DNA of 27,668 bases from Chthoniobacteraceae bacterium (GCA_031409655.1 JANNXQ010000181.1:1-27668), one strand, 5' to 3'. Counted from the stretch's first letter, positions 15,719 to 25,691 are shown. The notes: generated by a model from the sequence alone, not told the origin. Made by a program: numbers and translations.

Positions 15719-17188
15719 TCACGGCCCCATCACCTTCACCCGCAGGAAACGCTGGGGATGCGCGGGGTCGATGGTCAGGTAAAGGTCGCGCACTTCGACG
15801 GTGCGATGCGCCCCGGTGCCAGTCTCGGTGACGCTGACGCCGACCTCGAGGGCGGTCGTCGGCACTCCGTTCGCGCTTTGGGCGAGATCGGTCCAGGGAC
15901 CGGTCGGCGTGTCGGCGGCTTGCACGGTCAGCGTGAGATCGGTGTTGGTGATATTCCGGGCGAAAGTGAGCGCGAGACGGCCGCTGGCGGTGCTGGTCTG
16001 CGGGAGCGGAGTTTGTCCGGCCAGATTTGGGATTCCACTGAAGGCGTATTCGAGGAAGTTGCGCACGCCGTCGCCGTCGGGATCGGCCTCATCGGCGGAG
16101 AGGCCAAGCGCTGCGGAGGTGCCCCAGAAGCCCTGCCGCCACTGGGCGATGGGCGTCGGTGCGACGACGCCATTGATGACGAGTGCGTAGAGGTGTTGTT
16201 GCGTGGTGCCGCCGTTATTGTCGGCCACGAGGAGCACGCTGTAGCTGTTGCTGCCCATCGCGGGCAGCGCTGCGCCGAGCGCGAGGCCTTCGAAATTACG
16301 CGTGGGGACGCTGCCCATATTTTTCTCCCAGAGCAGCGTCTTGGTGACCCGCGTGTACCCGGCGCCATCGAGATCCGCAATGCCGCTCACGTCGGTCGCC
16401 CCGGCGAAGCTTACGAGGTAAATGCGGTTGCGGTAACTCGGGAGAAAGGCGACTCCGAGGGTGCGCTCGAGCACGAGCAGGTTGCCATCGGGCAGCGCGA
16501 CGAGGTCCGAGACGCCGCTGCGTTCGGCGGTGGTCAGGGAACTGTCGAAACCGAACGAATCCGTCTGATAGACCCATTGACCGGCAGGATTCAGCAAGTG
16601 ATCGAAGCGCTGAAGGCGGACGAGGCTGCCGCTGCTCGCCGTGGACAAGGCACTTTCCTGCGCGAGCGCTTCTTCATTGGCCGTCCAGAGTGCGCCCGCT
16701 CCCCAGGCGCAGGATTCGAAGCCGAAGTTCGAGCGATCGTTCAGCATCACCGTCGGGATGCTGAGGGACTGCAGCAGACTCCCATCCGGCAAGGTGTGCT
16801 CGCGGAGGTAGCCACCGTTGGGAAATTGCCCCTCATCGGAAATGAACCAGGTGCCGCGCGGGCGGCAGTAGGCGATGCCTTCGAGATCGTAGCCCGTGGC
16901 GAGCGTGATCGTCGCGACTACCGAGGCACCGGAAATACGGCCGTTCGCGGGATTCACGCCAATGGTCAATTCGTGAACCTTCCGCTGGTTGGTCTCGTCG
17001 CTGACGGCGTGATAGGTGCCGCCAGCCAGCCAGGTCAGCCCGCTCAGTTCCGCGGCGCTGGCGGTAAAATCAAAAACGTCCTGTCCGGGATCGGTGATGG
17101 TGATGACCGCGGGAGCATTCGGTGTGAGGGAGAGAAATGCAGCGAACAACGCCGCACTCAAAGTCCCGCAGGCTTTCGATGGGCTCAC
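15719..17188 (-). CDS. Exported esterase-like-activity-of-phytase family protein with C-terminal 'QRFxR' domain
   Basis: Signal peptide; ELSGL, AVSD, DLEGIA, ISDEG, NFGFES, ANEEAL, GVSDLVAL.DG.LLVLER, NFEGLALG, LLVADNN. GTG start overlaps the ABC gene stop. Confidence 0.85.
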   Translation of the reverse strand: MSPSKACGTLSAALFAAFLSLTPNAPAVITITDPGQDVFDFTASAAELSGLTWLAGGTYHAVSDETNQRKVHELTIGVNPANGRISGASVVATITLATGYDLEGIAYCRPRGTWFISDEGQFPNGGYLREHTLPDGSLLQSLSIPTVMLNDRSNFGFESCAWGAGALWTANEEALAQESALSTASSGSLVRLQRFDHLLNPAGQWVYQTDSFGFDSSLTTAERSGVSDLVALPDGNLLVLERTLGVAFLPSYRNRIYLVSFAGATDVSGIADLDGAGYTRVTKTLLWEKNMGSVPTRNFEGLALGAALPAMGSNSYSVLLVADNNGGTTQQHLYALVINGVVAPTPIAQWRQGFWGTSAALGLSADEADPDGDGVRNFLEYAFSGIPNLAGQTPLPQTSTASGRLALTFARNITNTDLTLTVQAADTPTGPWTDLAQSANGVPTTALEVGVSVTETGTGAHRTVEVRDLYLTIDPAHPQRFLRVKVMGP

Positions 17189-17982
17189 GGCTTCGGGTTC
17201 CCGGTTAATTTGAGCGCATAGCGGCCTTTGCTCTCCGTCATGCGCACCCGGGCGTCAAAGGTTTCGCTGAGGTGGCGGGAAGTGAGCGTGGCGCTCTTTT
17301 CACCGCTGGCGACGACCTGACCGCCGCGCAAAAGAAGCGCGTGGGTGAAGACGGGGACAATCTCCTCGACGTGATGGGTGACGAAGACGAGGGCGGGAGC
17401 GCCGCGGCGGCGGCCGAGGCGCTCGAGGAAGGCGAGGAAGTGTTCGCGGGCGACAGGGTCGAGGCCGGCGCAGGGTTCGTCGAGGATGAGGAGGCGGGGT
17501 TTCGCCATGAGGGCGCGGCCGATGAGCACGCGCTGCCTTTCACCCTGGCTGAGCACGAGCCAGGGGCGCTCCGCGAGATACTCGGCCTCGACCTGGCGCA
17601 GGATGCCGCGGGCGGTGGCGCGATCGGCGGCGCGCGTGGGGCCCCAGTAGTCGATCATCGCGTACTTGCCGCTGATCACGGAGGTGAGCGCGGGTTCGTG
17701 GTCGGCCATCATCTGACGGACGCTGGAGCTGACGATGCCGACGCGCTTGCGGAGTTCGCGCCAGTCGCTCGCGCCGAAGGTTTCCCCGAGCACGGAGATC
17801 TCGCCGTCGGTGGGGCTGAGGTAGCCGGTGAGAGCGCCGAGGAGGGAGGTTTTGCCGGAGCCATTTGCGCCGAGGATCACCCAGTGTTCGCCGCGCTGCA
17901 CCGTCCACGAGACGTCGCGGAGAATGTGGGTGTCGCCGCGGCGGACGGTGAGGTCGGTGACGCTAAGGATGGGCTTACTCAT
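17185..17982 (-). CDS. ABC transporter ATP-binding protein (YlmA/ModF-like)
   Basis: Walker A GANGSGKT, signature LSQGE, Walker B LLILDEP, H-loop VTHH. ATG at 17982. Confidence 0.93.
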   Translation of the reverse strand: MSKPILSVTDLTVRRGDTHILRDVSWTVQRGEHWVILGANGSGKTSLLGALTGYLSPTDGEISVLGETFGASDWRELRKRVGIVSSSVRQMMADHEPALTSVISGKYAMIDYWGPTRAADRATARGILRQVEAEYLAERPWLVLSQGERQRVLIGRALMAKPRLLILDEPCAGLDPVAREHFLAFLERLGRRRGAPALVFVTHHVEEIVPVFTHALLLRGGQVVASGEKSATLTSRHLSETFDARVRMTESKGRYALKLTGNPKP

Positions 17983-20404
17983 AGACGAGTGACGCCGTCG
18001 CGGTGCCATCGGCGGACGCGGTCACGCGCAGCCAGCGGGCTTGGAACGACGTTGGGAAAACGTGCTCGTGCGGCTTTCCTGGACTCACATCAAAGGTGCG
18101 ATGCGGCACCCACAAGCCTTCGCCGGTGAGATCGACTTCCACGCGCACGGTCACAGCGCGATCGGCGGTGAGGGTGAGCGTCTTGCGATCGTAGCCGGCG
18201 AAGAGATACGGATCGGAAGCGACGCCCGCTTTCACCGCAGTGTCCTTCCACGGGCCGCCCTGGCCGGCGGGTTTGCCGAGCTTCCAGAGATCGTCGATCG
18301 CGCCGGCCCAGAGCGCGGCCCGTCCATCGGCGCTGCGGAGGATGTGCGCATTTGCGACCGCGTCTGCGCGCAGGCCGGTGAGGATGAGCAGGCCGCGATA
18401 CGAGCAGTAGTCCATGACGCGCAGGCGATGGGTGGAAATGGGGCGGATCTTCGCGAAGCCGTCGGCGTTCTCGGCGGGCAGTTCGTAGAAGGTGCCGTGG
18501 CACGAAAAGACATCGCGCTCGGTGGCGACTTCACGATCGAGACGCACGAGACCCTGCGTGGTCAGCCCGTCGTAGGCGGCGTCGGTCTTTGGCAGACGCC
18601 AGCGGCGGCCTTTGTCATCGACCACGAGCACAGACGCGGCATCGACGGTCACGACCTCGCGCGGGATCGCGGTCCTCTGCTTCACGTAGTCGTGCGTCTT
18701 TGCATCCTCCACGCGCTGGAGTTGCAAAGCGGCGTCGAGCTCGTAGTAGCCGATGTCTTCGGTCGTCATTCCTTTCACCTTCATCGCGGCGAGGGAAAGC
18801 GTGCGCTTGTTGTCGCCGCGGGCGCGGACGAGTCCGGCGACCTGCGCGCTGTCGTCGATGCTTGCGAGGCCGGCAAAGATGGCATCGGGCTGCGCGCCGC
18901 GCGGATCGGCGGAGCTGAAAGTGAAATGCACCGTGGCGGCGGGACACGCGGCGCGGGCGGTGACGCGGAGCCATTCACCGCGCTCGGCGGCGGGGAAGTC
19001 CGTCCACTCCGCGCTCCCCGGCGCCACCTTGATGCTGCGCAGCTTCTGCCACGCGCCTTTCCCCTCCACATCGACTTCGAGATCGAACGCGGCCTCCGCG
19101 TCGCCACCATTGACGAAGTGCGCAGCGCGCCGCTCCCAGCCGGCGAAGAGGAACGGATCGGACACCTCGCCCGCCTTCACCGCCTCGCGCATCCAGACCG
19201 CGCCGCTCGCCGTCGTCGGGCCGAGCCGATCCGGCGTGGCAGGATCGGTGAACCAGAGATTCGACTGCGATTGACCCGGCCCCGCGAGTTCGCCTTTCAC
19301 TTTGCGCTTGTTGAGGAATTCGGACTTCGCCGTGTCATCGCAGCCGAAGACCAGCCGATCGCCCCAGCGCGTGAAATCGCCGATGACCTTGAGATACGAC
19401 GAACGCGGGCGGATGCCGGCAGTATTCGTCGCGGCGAAAGTTTTCGGGAAGCGCCACATCATGCCGTGCATCGTCATCAGCAGATCGGGCGCGCCCTCCA
19501 CGCCGATGTCGCGGATGCGCGGCCACTCGGTATTCCAGCCGTGCGCGCCATCGTAGCAGTGGCTTGCTTTGGGCAGACGAAAGGTGCGCCATTTTCCGCC
19601 ATCGAGGAGCATGAGCAGGAGCGAACGATGATCCCAACCGACGCTCCAGAGCGGATCGCTCTCCGGCTTTTCATTGCCGAAAATCCCGCCGGGAGTCGTG
19701 ACCTCGGTGAATTGATTCCGCCGCACCACTGTCCACGCCGCGACCGTACCATCCCACTCCGCAAGCACCCCGGAAGGCACGCGCGGATCACTGAGCGCCG
19801 CCTTCGCATGGTCGCCATTATTTGCATAGACGATCCGCCCCTGGCCGCTGGCGAGCCCTTTGCCATGGTATCCGGGAAGATCGGCGTGACGGCCCGCCTT
19901 CCGCTGCTCGTCGGCCCACAGCTCGGTCACATCGAGCGTCTTCACGTCCACTTCGTAGATCCCCTCCTCCATCGTCGCGGAGTAGATCTTCTGCGCGGGA
20001 TCGGTGAGATGCCGCGCGTTTCCCGTGAGCCGGCCAAACATCTTCGCTGGCGGGATCACGCGCACCCCCGCGCTCGCGTCGATGACATACGGCCCGATGA
20101 AAAGCTGCTGCGACTCGCGGTGGATCATCCGATTCGCCGGCGTGCCGCCGATGCTCTCCGGCCGCACGATCTGCCGCAGATCGCGGGTGATCTCGTAGAG
20201 TTTATCCGACGAACCCTGCGGCTTGTGCGGCGCGTAGGTGATGACCCAGAGCCGGTCCGCCCACGGCACCACGGCGCCCGTGCCGCATTCGCCCTCGTCA
20301 TTGAAATACGCGAGGTGCGGGTAGATGCCGGAGATTTCGCGGGGCAGATCGGCAGCAAAGGAATGCGCAAGGAAACAGGCGAGCGGGAGGAGACGGCGGA
20401 GCAT
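17975..20404 (-). CDS. Large exported hypothetical protein (beta-rich, with a duplicated ~100-aa module)
   Basis: Signal peptide MLRRLLPLACFLAHSFA; ~809 aa open frame rich in W/G; two related segments AVKAGEVSDPFLFAGW and AVKAGVASDPYLFAGY. Confidence 0.85.
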   Translation of the reverse strand: MLRRLLPLACFLAHSFAADLPREISGIYPHLAYFNDEGECGTGAVVPWADRLWVITYAPHKPQGSSDKLYEITRDLRQIVRPESIGGTPANRMIHRESQQLFIGPYVIDASAGVRVIPPAKMFGRLTGNARHLTDPAQKIYSATMEEGIYEVDVKTLDVTELWADEQRKAGRHADLPGYHGKGLASGQGRIVYANNGDHAKAALSDPRVPSGVLAEWDGTVAAWTVVRRNQFTEVTTPGGIFGNEKPESDPLWSVGWDHRSLLLMLLDGGKWRTFRLPKASHCYDGAHGWNTEWPRIRDIGVEGAPDLLMTMHGMMWRFPKTFAATNTAGIRPRSSYLKVIGDFTRWGDRLVFGCDDTAKSEFLNKRKVKGELAGPGQSQSNLWFTDPATPDRLGPTTASGAVWMREAVKAGEVSDPFLFAGWERRAAHFVNGGDAEAAFDLEVDVEGKGAWQKLRSIKVAPGSAEWTDFPAAERGEWLRVTARAACPAATVHFTFSSADPRGAQPDAIFAGLASIDDSAQVAGLVRARGDNKRTLSLAAMKVKGMTTEDIGYYELDAALQLQRVEDAKTHDYVKQRTAIPREVVTVDAASVLVVDDKGRRWRLPKTDAAYDGLTTQGLVRLDREVATERDVFSCHGTFYELPAENADGFAKIRPISTHRLRVMDYCSYRGLLILTGLRADAVANAHILRSADGRAALWAGAIDDLWKLGKPAGQGGPWKDTAVKAGVASDPYLFAGYDRKTLTLTADRAVTVRVEVDLTGEGLWVPHRTFDVSPGKPHEHVFPTSFQARWLRVTASADGTATASLVYE

Positions 20405-20554
20405 GAGAGAGAGGAAATCCGCGCGTCCCGGCGCGGGCGAGCGCAATCGCTCCAGCGGCGATGCGGCTTGCCGCTGGAGGGGATTCCGGCGATCCTGCCA
20501 ACGCTTCGCCCCCGACCCGGATTGCCCCCGGGTCCACCGTGAACATCACCTCCG

Positions 20555-23500
20555 ATGAGCCTTCCTGCCGTGCGCTTTTTCCCCCCACCCGCCTTCCGTG
20601 CCGTGCTCGCCGCGGCGCTTTGCTTTTGCGGGTTACTCACTCCGACATCCGCCCAGGTCTCGCGGGATTTTGCCCTCAATCTCCAGGCGACCGTCTCGGC
20701 CAGCCCTCCGCACCTCACGCTCACCTGGGCGGCCAGCGCCCTGACCACGGTGACAGCACAGCGCGTGCATCGCCGGCTCAAGGGCGCGACGGCCTGGGTG
20801 CTCCAGGCGACGCTCGCCATCACCGACACGAGCTACGCCGATCCCACCGCGACGCCAGGCATCGAGTACGAATACTGGGTCCAGCGGCAGTTCTCCATCT
20901 ACCCATCGGTCGCCGTGGGATATCTCCATGCGGGCGTGAACCTGCCTTTGGTCGAAGAACGCGGCACCCTCCTGCTCGTCGTGGACGACACCATGACGGC
21001 GGGCCTCGCGCCCGAACTCGCGCAACTAAAGGACGACCTCGCGGGCGACGGCTGGACCGTGCAGACGATCCCCGTTACCCGCAGCGAGACGCCGCCCAAT
21101 GTCCGCGCGCTGATCCAGGCTGCTTACGCTGCCGATCCGGTGAATGTGAAAGCCGTCTATCTTCTTGGCCATGTGCCGGTGCCGTATTCGGGAAACATCG
21201 CGCCCGACGGCCATGGCAACCACGTCGGCGCCTGGCCAGCGGACGGGTACTACGGCGATATGGACGGCGTCTGGACTGACGCAAGCGTGACCACGAGCGG
21301 AGGGTCGCCAGCGCGCACGGAGAATGTGCCCGGCGACGGGAAGTTCGATCAGAGTTCGCTGCCGAGCGATCTCGAGTTGCAAGTCGGGCGCGTCGATCTC
21401 AGTGCGATGACCCAAGCTCCCGCGTCAGCAGTGAGCGAACTTACGTTACTGCGCCGCTATCTCCGCAAGGCGCACGACTACCGCCAGCGCCTCGGCGCTT
21501 ACGCCAATGTGCCGCGCCGTTCGATCATCCGCGATGGCTTCGGTTTCTTTGGCGGGGAAGCTTTCGCCGCGAGCGGCTGGGCAGCGGCGTTCAGTTGCGT
21601 GGGGCGCAATGTGGATCAACCGGCGACTGGCCAATGGTTCACCCAAGCCACGGGGAACACTTATCTCTTCGGCCATGGCAATGGCGGCGGGAGCTTCACC
21701 AGCGCGAGCAGTGTCGGCACGAGCGAAGACTTTGGTCGCAAACCAAGCCGCGTTGTTTTCACCCAACTCTTCGGCAGCTATCACGGCGACTGGGATAGCC
21801 CAAATAACTTCCTGCGCGCCCCCCTTGCCGGCACGGCCACCGGCGATTCTCTCGGGCTAGTCTGTTCTTGGTCAGGGCGCCCGTATTGGTTCTATCATCC
21901 CGCCGGGCTCGGCGAAAACATCGGCTACGCGGCGCGCTTCTCGATGAATAACAGCGGGACGAACTTCACCCCCACGGGCTTCTCCGCACGCGGGGTGCAT
22001 GAGGGCCTCATGGGCGATCCCACTCTGCGCTTTCACATGGTTGAGCCGCCGCGGAATTTCGCCGCGACGACCAGCGCGGCGCAGGTCGCACTCCGCTGGG
22101 ATGCCTCTGCGGAAAACGCGCTGCTTGGCTATCACGTCTATCGCGCGCCGAGTCCTACGGGCACTTTCGCACGGCTGACGCCGACGCCGCTCGCTGTGAC
22201 TACTTACACCGACGCCACCGCCACTGTGGGCGACACCCACCGTTACCTGGTGCGCACGGTGAAACTCGAGTCAGTGCCCGGTGGCACTTACCAAAATGCC
22301 AGTCAGGGCGCACTCGCCACAATCACGGTCAGCGCGGCGGCGACCCCCGCGCCCTTCGGTCCCGGCGGCCTCTCCGTCCAAGCGAATACCTCCACGCAGA
22401 CGGTGCTCACCTGGGTGGACACGGCAGCCAACGAGACGGGCTTCCGCATCGAGCGAAAGGTGAATGCGGGGAACAGCTTCACCACGCTGAGTAACGTGGG
22501 CGCGAATGCAGCCACCTTCACCGATCCAGGCCCGACCAGCAGCGGCAACGTGTATTACTACCGCGTGGTGGCGACCGGAGCAGGCGGTGACTCGCTGCCT
22601 TCGAATGATGCCTCAGTGGATGGCGTTGCGGGCTTTTTCGACACGGCAGGACCGCGCATGAAAGTGAGCCGCAGCTCCGGCACCGCGGCAATCGTCGTCA
22701 ATCGTTTCGGCGGCAGCACCGGGTCCGCATCCGTGACCGGGACGACATCCAATGTCTCGGCGCTCGCCGGGACGCACTACGCCACGACCACGGGTCCGGT
22801 GAGTTTCATCGATGGCGAGAATGGCGCCCGGATCGTGAACGTGCCGCTAACAACTGGCAGTCCGGCACAGCTCCCGCGGCAATTTAATCTCACCCTGAGC
22901 GCTCCGACGAATGGGTCCGCGCTCGCCGTGCAGACGGTGGCGCGGGTGCTCATCGAAGATCCCGCCGCCCCCGCGCCAGCGGGCTGGCTGCAGACGATCC
23001 TCGGCACGGTCACGGATTCTTCCGCGGCGGTCTTCGCAGAAGGAGCGATCGGCTCCGCCATCGCCGGAGGATCGGTGAGCACCACGGATAACGGGCGCTT
23101 CATCTACAAGAGCCGCAGCGGCGATGGCGTCCTCACCGCTTACCTCGATGCGCCGCTCCCCGCGCAGAGCAGCGCGCGTTTCGCCGTGATGATCCGCGGA
23201 ACGAACTCGAGTGACGATCTCATGGCCTCCACGCAAGTTGCCGGGAGCAGCGTGGGAACGAATCTCGCGAGCCGCGCTTTCACGGATGGCAGCGTGACGC
23301 TCATCCCCGGCGCGAGTAACAATCTGCAACTCCCGCGCTGGGTCCGACTGACGCGCAGCGGCAATACTTTCACCTCCGACACCTCGACCGACGGGGCCAC
23401 CTGGACCGCTCTTGGCTCGACGACTCTCGCGATCCCAACGACGGCCAATTGGGGCCTCTACCACAATGGCGACACCTCCGGGAATTTTCAGCTCGCGCGT

Positions 23501-24214
23501 TTCCGCTCCGTCACCATCACGGATCTCGGCGTCGTCGCGGCGCCGGTGAACCTTACGCTCACGCCGGAGGCTCCCGTGCAGATCCGGATCGCCTGGGATC
23601 CAGTCGGCGGCGCGACGGGCTACCGCCTCGAGCGGCGCGCTCGCCAGGGCGCTTATACCGCATTGCAAACCCTCGTCGCGGGGAGCGCCACTTTCACCGA
23701 TTCCGACGTGCTCCCGGGCGTGATCTACGAATATCGCGTGCAGGCTTACGGCGGTGCGATCAATTCCCCGTGGACGACCTCCTTCACCACCGCGCCTGGC
23801 ACGGCGGATCCCTACCACCTTTGGCTAAAAACCCACGGCCTGCCTATGGATGGCAGCGGCAACGGCGCGCCCACCGCAACCCCGGCCAAGGACGACATCC
23901 CGAACGCGATCAAGTATGCGCTCGGCCTGACCCCCTCCATCCCGAGTTATTACGGACGCGTCAGCTCCAGCACCATTTCCGAGGGCGGCGAACGCTCCAT
24001 TACTCTCACTTACATTCGTCCCGATCCCGCGCCCGCCGGTGTACTCTACAAGGTATTAGTCGGCTCCGATCTCACCGGATGGAACAGCGCACAAACACTC
24101 GAAATCAGCAGCCTCCCAGCAAATAACCTGCGGACCATCACGACGCGCGACACCGTCCCGATCAGCGCCGCAAATCCGCAGCGATTCATCCGCCTCGAAG
24201 TCACCTTGCCGTAA
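20555..24214 (+). CDS. Large exported multidomain protein: FN3-like, peptidase C25 (gingipain)-like domain, FN3, Calx-beta, lectin-like (DUF1349-like), FN3, C-terminal 'QRFxR' domain
   Basis: Signal peptide. C25-like motifs VYLLGHVPVPY, ADGYYGD.DG, ELQVGRVD, GHG, LMGDPTL. FN3 motifs LTWVD...NETGFRIER...YYYRVVA. Calx-beta V.RFGGSTG...T...A.AG.HY....G.VSF.DGE. Lectin-like WVRLTRSGNTFT...S.DG.TW. Confidence 0.85.
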   Translation: MSLPAVRFFPPPAFRAVLAAALCFCGLLTPTSAQVSRDFALNLQATVSASPPHLTLTWAASALTTVTAQRVHRRLKGATAWVLQATLAITDTSYADPTATPGIEYEYWVQRQFSIYPSVAVGYLHAGVNLPLVEERGTLLLVVDDTMTAGLAPELAQLKDDLAGDGWTVQTIPVTRSETPPNVRALIQAAYAADPVNVKAVYLLGHVPVPYSGNIAPDGHGNHVGAWPADGYYGDMDGVWTDASVTTSGGSPARTENVPGDGKFDQSSLPSDLELQVGRVDLSAMTQAPASAVSELTLLRRYLRKAHDYRQRLGAYANVPRRSIIRDGFGFFGGEAFAASGWAAAFSCVGRNVDQPATGQWFTQATGNTYLFGHGNGGGSFTSASSVGTSEDFGRKPSRVVFTQLFGSYHGDWDSPNNFLRAPLAGTATGDSLGLVCSWSGRPYWFYHPAGLGENIGYAARFSMNNSGTNFTPTGFSARGVHEGLMGDPTLRFHMVEPPRNFAATTSAAQVALRWDASAENALLGYHVYRAPSPTGTFARLTPTPLAVTTYTDATATVGDTHRYLVRTVKLESVPGGTYQNASQGALATITVSAAATPAPFGPGGLSVQANTSTQTVLTWVDTAANETGFRIERKVNAGNSFTTLSNVGANAATFTDPGPTSSGNVYYYRVVATGAGGDSLPSNDASVDGVAGFFDTAGPRMKVSRSSGTAAIVVNRFGGSTGSASVTGTTSNVSALAGTHYATTTGPVSFIDGENGARIVNVPLTTGSPAQLPRQFNLTLSAPTNGSALAVQTVARVLIEDPAAPAPAGWLQTILGTVTDSSAAVFAEGAIGSAIAGGSVSTTDNGRFIYKSRSGDGVLTAYLDAPLPAQSSARFAVMIRGTNSSDDLMASTQVAGSSVGTNLASRAFTDGSVTLIPGASNNLQLPRWVRLTRSGNTFTSDTSTDGATWTALGSTTLAIPTTANWGLYHNGDTSGNFQLARFRSVTITDLGVVAAPVNLTLTPEAPVQIRIAWDPVGGATGYRLERRARQGAYTALQTLVAGSATFTDSDVLPGVIYEYRVQAYGGAINSPWTTSFTTAPGTADPYHLWLKTHGLPMDGSGNGAPTATPAKDDIPNAIKYALGLTPSIPSYYGRVSSSTISEGGERSITLTYIRPDPAPAGVLYKVLVGSDLTGWNSAQTLEISSLPANNLRTITTRDTVPISAANPQRFIRLEVTLP

Positions 24215-24260
24215 CCGCCCGCACGGCTGAGCAGGTGTCCTGAGAATGCGGGATGATTTC

Positions 24261-24371
24261 ACCATAGATGACCCAGATGACACGGATGGGAAAAAGGCCA
24301 TCACAGTCGGATTCACCACGGGCGCCTTTTCCTCTCTGCCTTTCATCGGTGCCATCTGGGTAATCTGTGGT
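24261..24371. repeat. Palindromic element with 28-bp arms built of 9-nt units (CACAGATGA-like), between convergent genes
   Basis: Left arm 24261-24288 accatagatgacccagatgacacggatg; right arm 24344-24371 catcggtgccatctgggtaatctgtggt (24/28 complementary). Confidence 0.8.
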
Positions 24372-24418
24372 CGATCCCTCTGCGTCATCCCAGCCGCCGC
24401 GCGCAGAGGGCAACGGCG

Positions 24419-24757
24419 TCACCGGTCTTCATCCTCGCCAAAGTGAAACTCGCGCGGACCTTGCGGCGGGCGCAGGGAGGTCTTGCCGCCGGCGCGGCGA
24501 CGCAGTTCATCGAAAACCGCGTCGAGTCCATCGACCTTCATCTGATGCACGATCCGGAGTAACTCGCCGAGGCGTCCTTGCGGATAACCTTTCCGCGCAA
24601 ACCACGCGAGATACTCCACCGGCAAATCGTAGAGCGGCACCCCGCGCGGCGGAAAATGGTCCGGCCCGAACTTCCCAAATGGAATGCGCGTCCGGGCGAT
24701 GTCCGCCAGATCGGCAGCCATCCAATCCCGCATCCGCTCTTCTTCGGGTGAACTCAC
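24419..24757 (-). CDS. DUF3820 family protein
   Basis: IPFGKF....G.PLYDLPVEYLAWFARKGYPQGRLGELL.IV..MK.DGL matches the DUF3820 pattern; start uncertain. Confidence 0.8.
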   Translation of the reverse strand: MSSPEEERMRDWMAADLADIARTRIPFGKFGPDHFPPRGVPLYDLPVEYLAWFARKGYPQGRLGELLRIVHQMKVDGLDAVFDELRRRAGGKTSLRPPQGPREFHFGEDEDR

Positions 24758-24781
24758 AAAAGGATCAGGAGGCGGAGGCGA

Positions 24782-25438
24782 TCAATTCGCCGGGATCACG
24801 ACTCGCGCCCGGAAGAAACGCTGCGTGTCCGCGGCACTCCCGGCCGTCCAGACAGTCCGTGTCGGGTCCGGCACCGCATCCGTCCAGGTCTGGAGATCGA
24901 TGGAGCTTTGCACGCTGAGGGTCACGAGCGGATCGAGCGCAGGATTCAACGGCAATGTCCACGTCGATTCGCCGGAGACAGCACGGACCGGAGGCGGCAG
25001 TGTGGAGGCGGCGCTGGGCGGCAGACCGAGTGCATACTCGACAAGGTTGCGGAGGCCGTCGCCATCGGGGTCTGCGCTGTAGCTGTTACTGGCCTGTCCG
25101 TTTGCGGCGGCCCATTCGGAGTAACGCTGGCGCACGATGAGATTCACGGCCACAGGCGGCGCGCTCAGCGATCCATCGGAAGGCGTGACGGTACAACTCA
25201 GCACGTCACCGCCGACGCACGTGGAAGCAGCGAGCGCATCGGCGAGGCTCGCATTGGTGGAGGCACGAACGACGGCTCCGTTCCGCCGCCACTCGTAGCG
25301 ATAGCGCACGACGTTGTACTCCGGGTCGTCAATGACGCGATGCGGGACGCGGCAAAAGGCGACCGTCTCGGGATACATAACCGGAGGATCGAAGGACGCG
25401 GTAACCGGCAGCGGCGCCGCGATCAGGACTCCACACAC
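24782..25438 (-). pseudogene. 5'-truncated fragment of a surface protein (Ig-like segment plus C-terminal 'QRFxR' domain)
   Basis: Starts mid-domain (DDPEYNVVRYRYEW..NG...LSCTVTPSDG) just after an in-frame stop, with no signal peptide. Ends ADPDGDGLRNLVEYALG...QRFFRARV. Lies next to transposase debris. Confidence 0.6.
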
Positions 25439-25514
25439 CGATCAACTGGCCGCGCCAGCAACGGCCAGGGGCCCGGTGTCACGCTACTCCTCTTGCGCGA
25501 CAGAAGACCTGTCC

Positions 25515-25548
25515 CGATTTGCACGATTTGCACCCCGCCGATTTGCAC
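25515..25548. repeat. Three copies of (C)GATTTGCAC
   Basis: Copies at 25516, 25525 and 25540, immediately next to the motif agacctgtccc (25505-25515). Confidence 0.85.
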
Positions 25549-25550
25549 CC

Positions 25551-25691
25551 CCGTTCGCGTTCCCCCTCCACGGTGGGCACGCGCACGATGCTGAACGCCT
25601 TCTGGTTGGCCCGCACGTAGCGGTCCAGCCGCTGGCCCAGGGCCAGCGCATCGAGCCGATCATTTTTGCCTCCCTTGCCCCGTCGATGCAC
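25551..25691 (-). mobile_element. IS110-family transposase remnant
   Basis: RGKGGKNDRLDALALGQRLDRYVRANQKAFSIVRVPTVEGERER contains the K(T/N)DxxDA motif that ends the IS110 DEDD domain, followed by the V.VP..E.E linker. Only ~45 codons survive. Confidence 0.75.

Noticed and set aside
18041..20542. 833-aa plus-strand ORF
   Set aside because: Antisense shadow of the exported protein on the minus strand; R/G/A-rich with no domain features.
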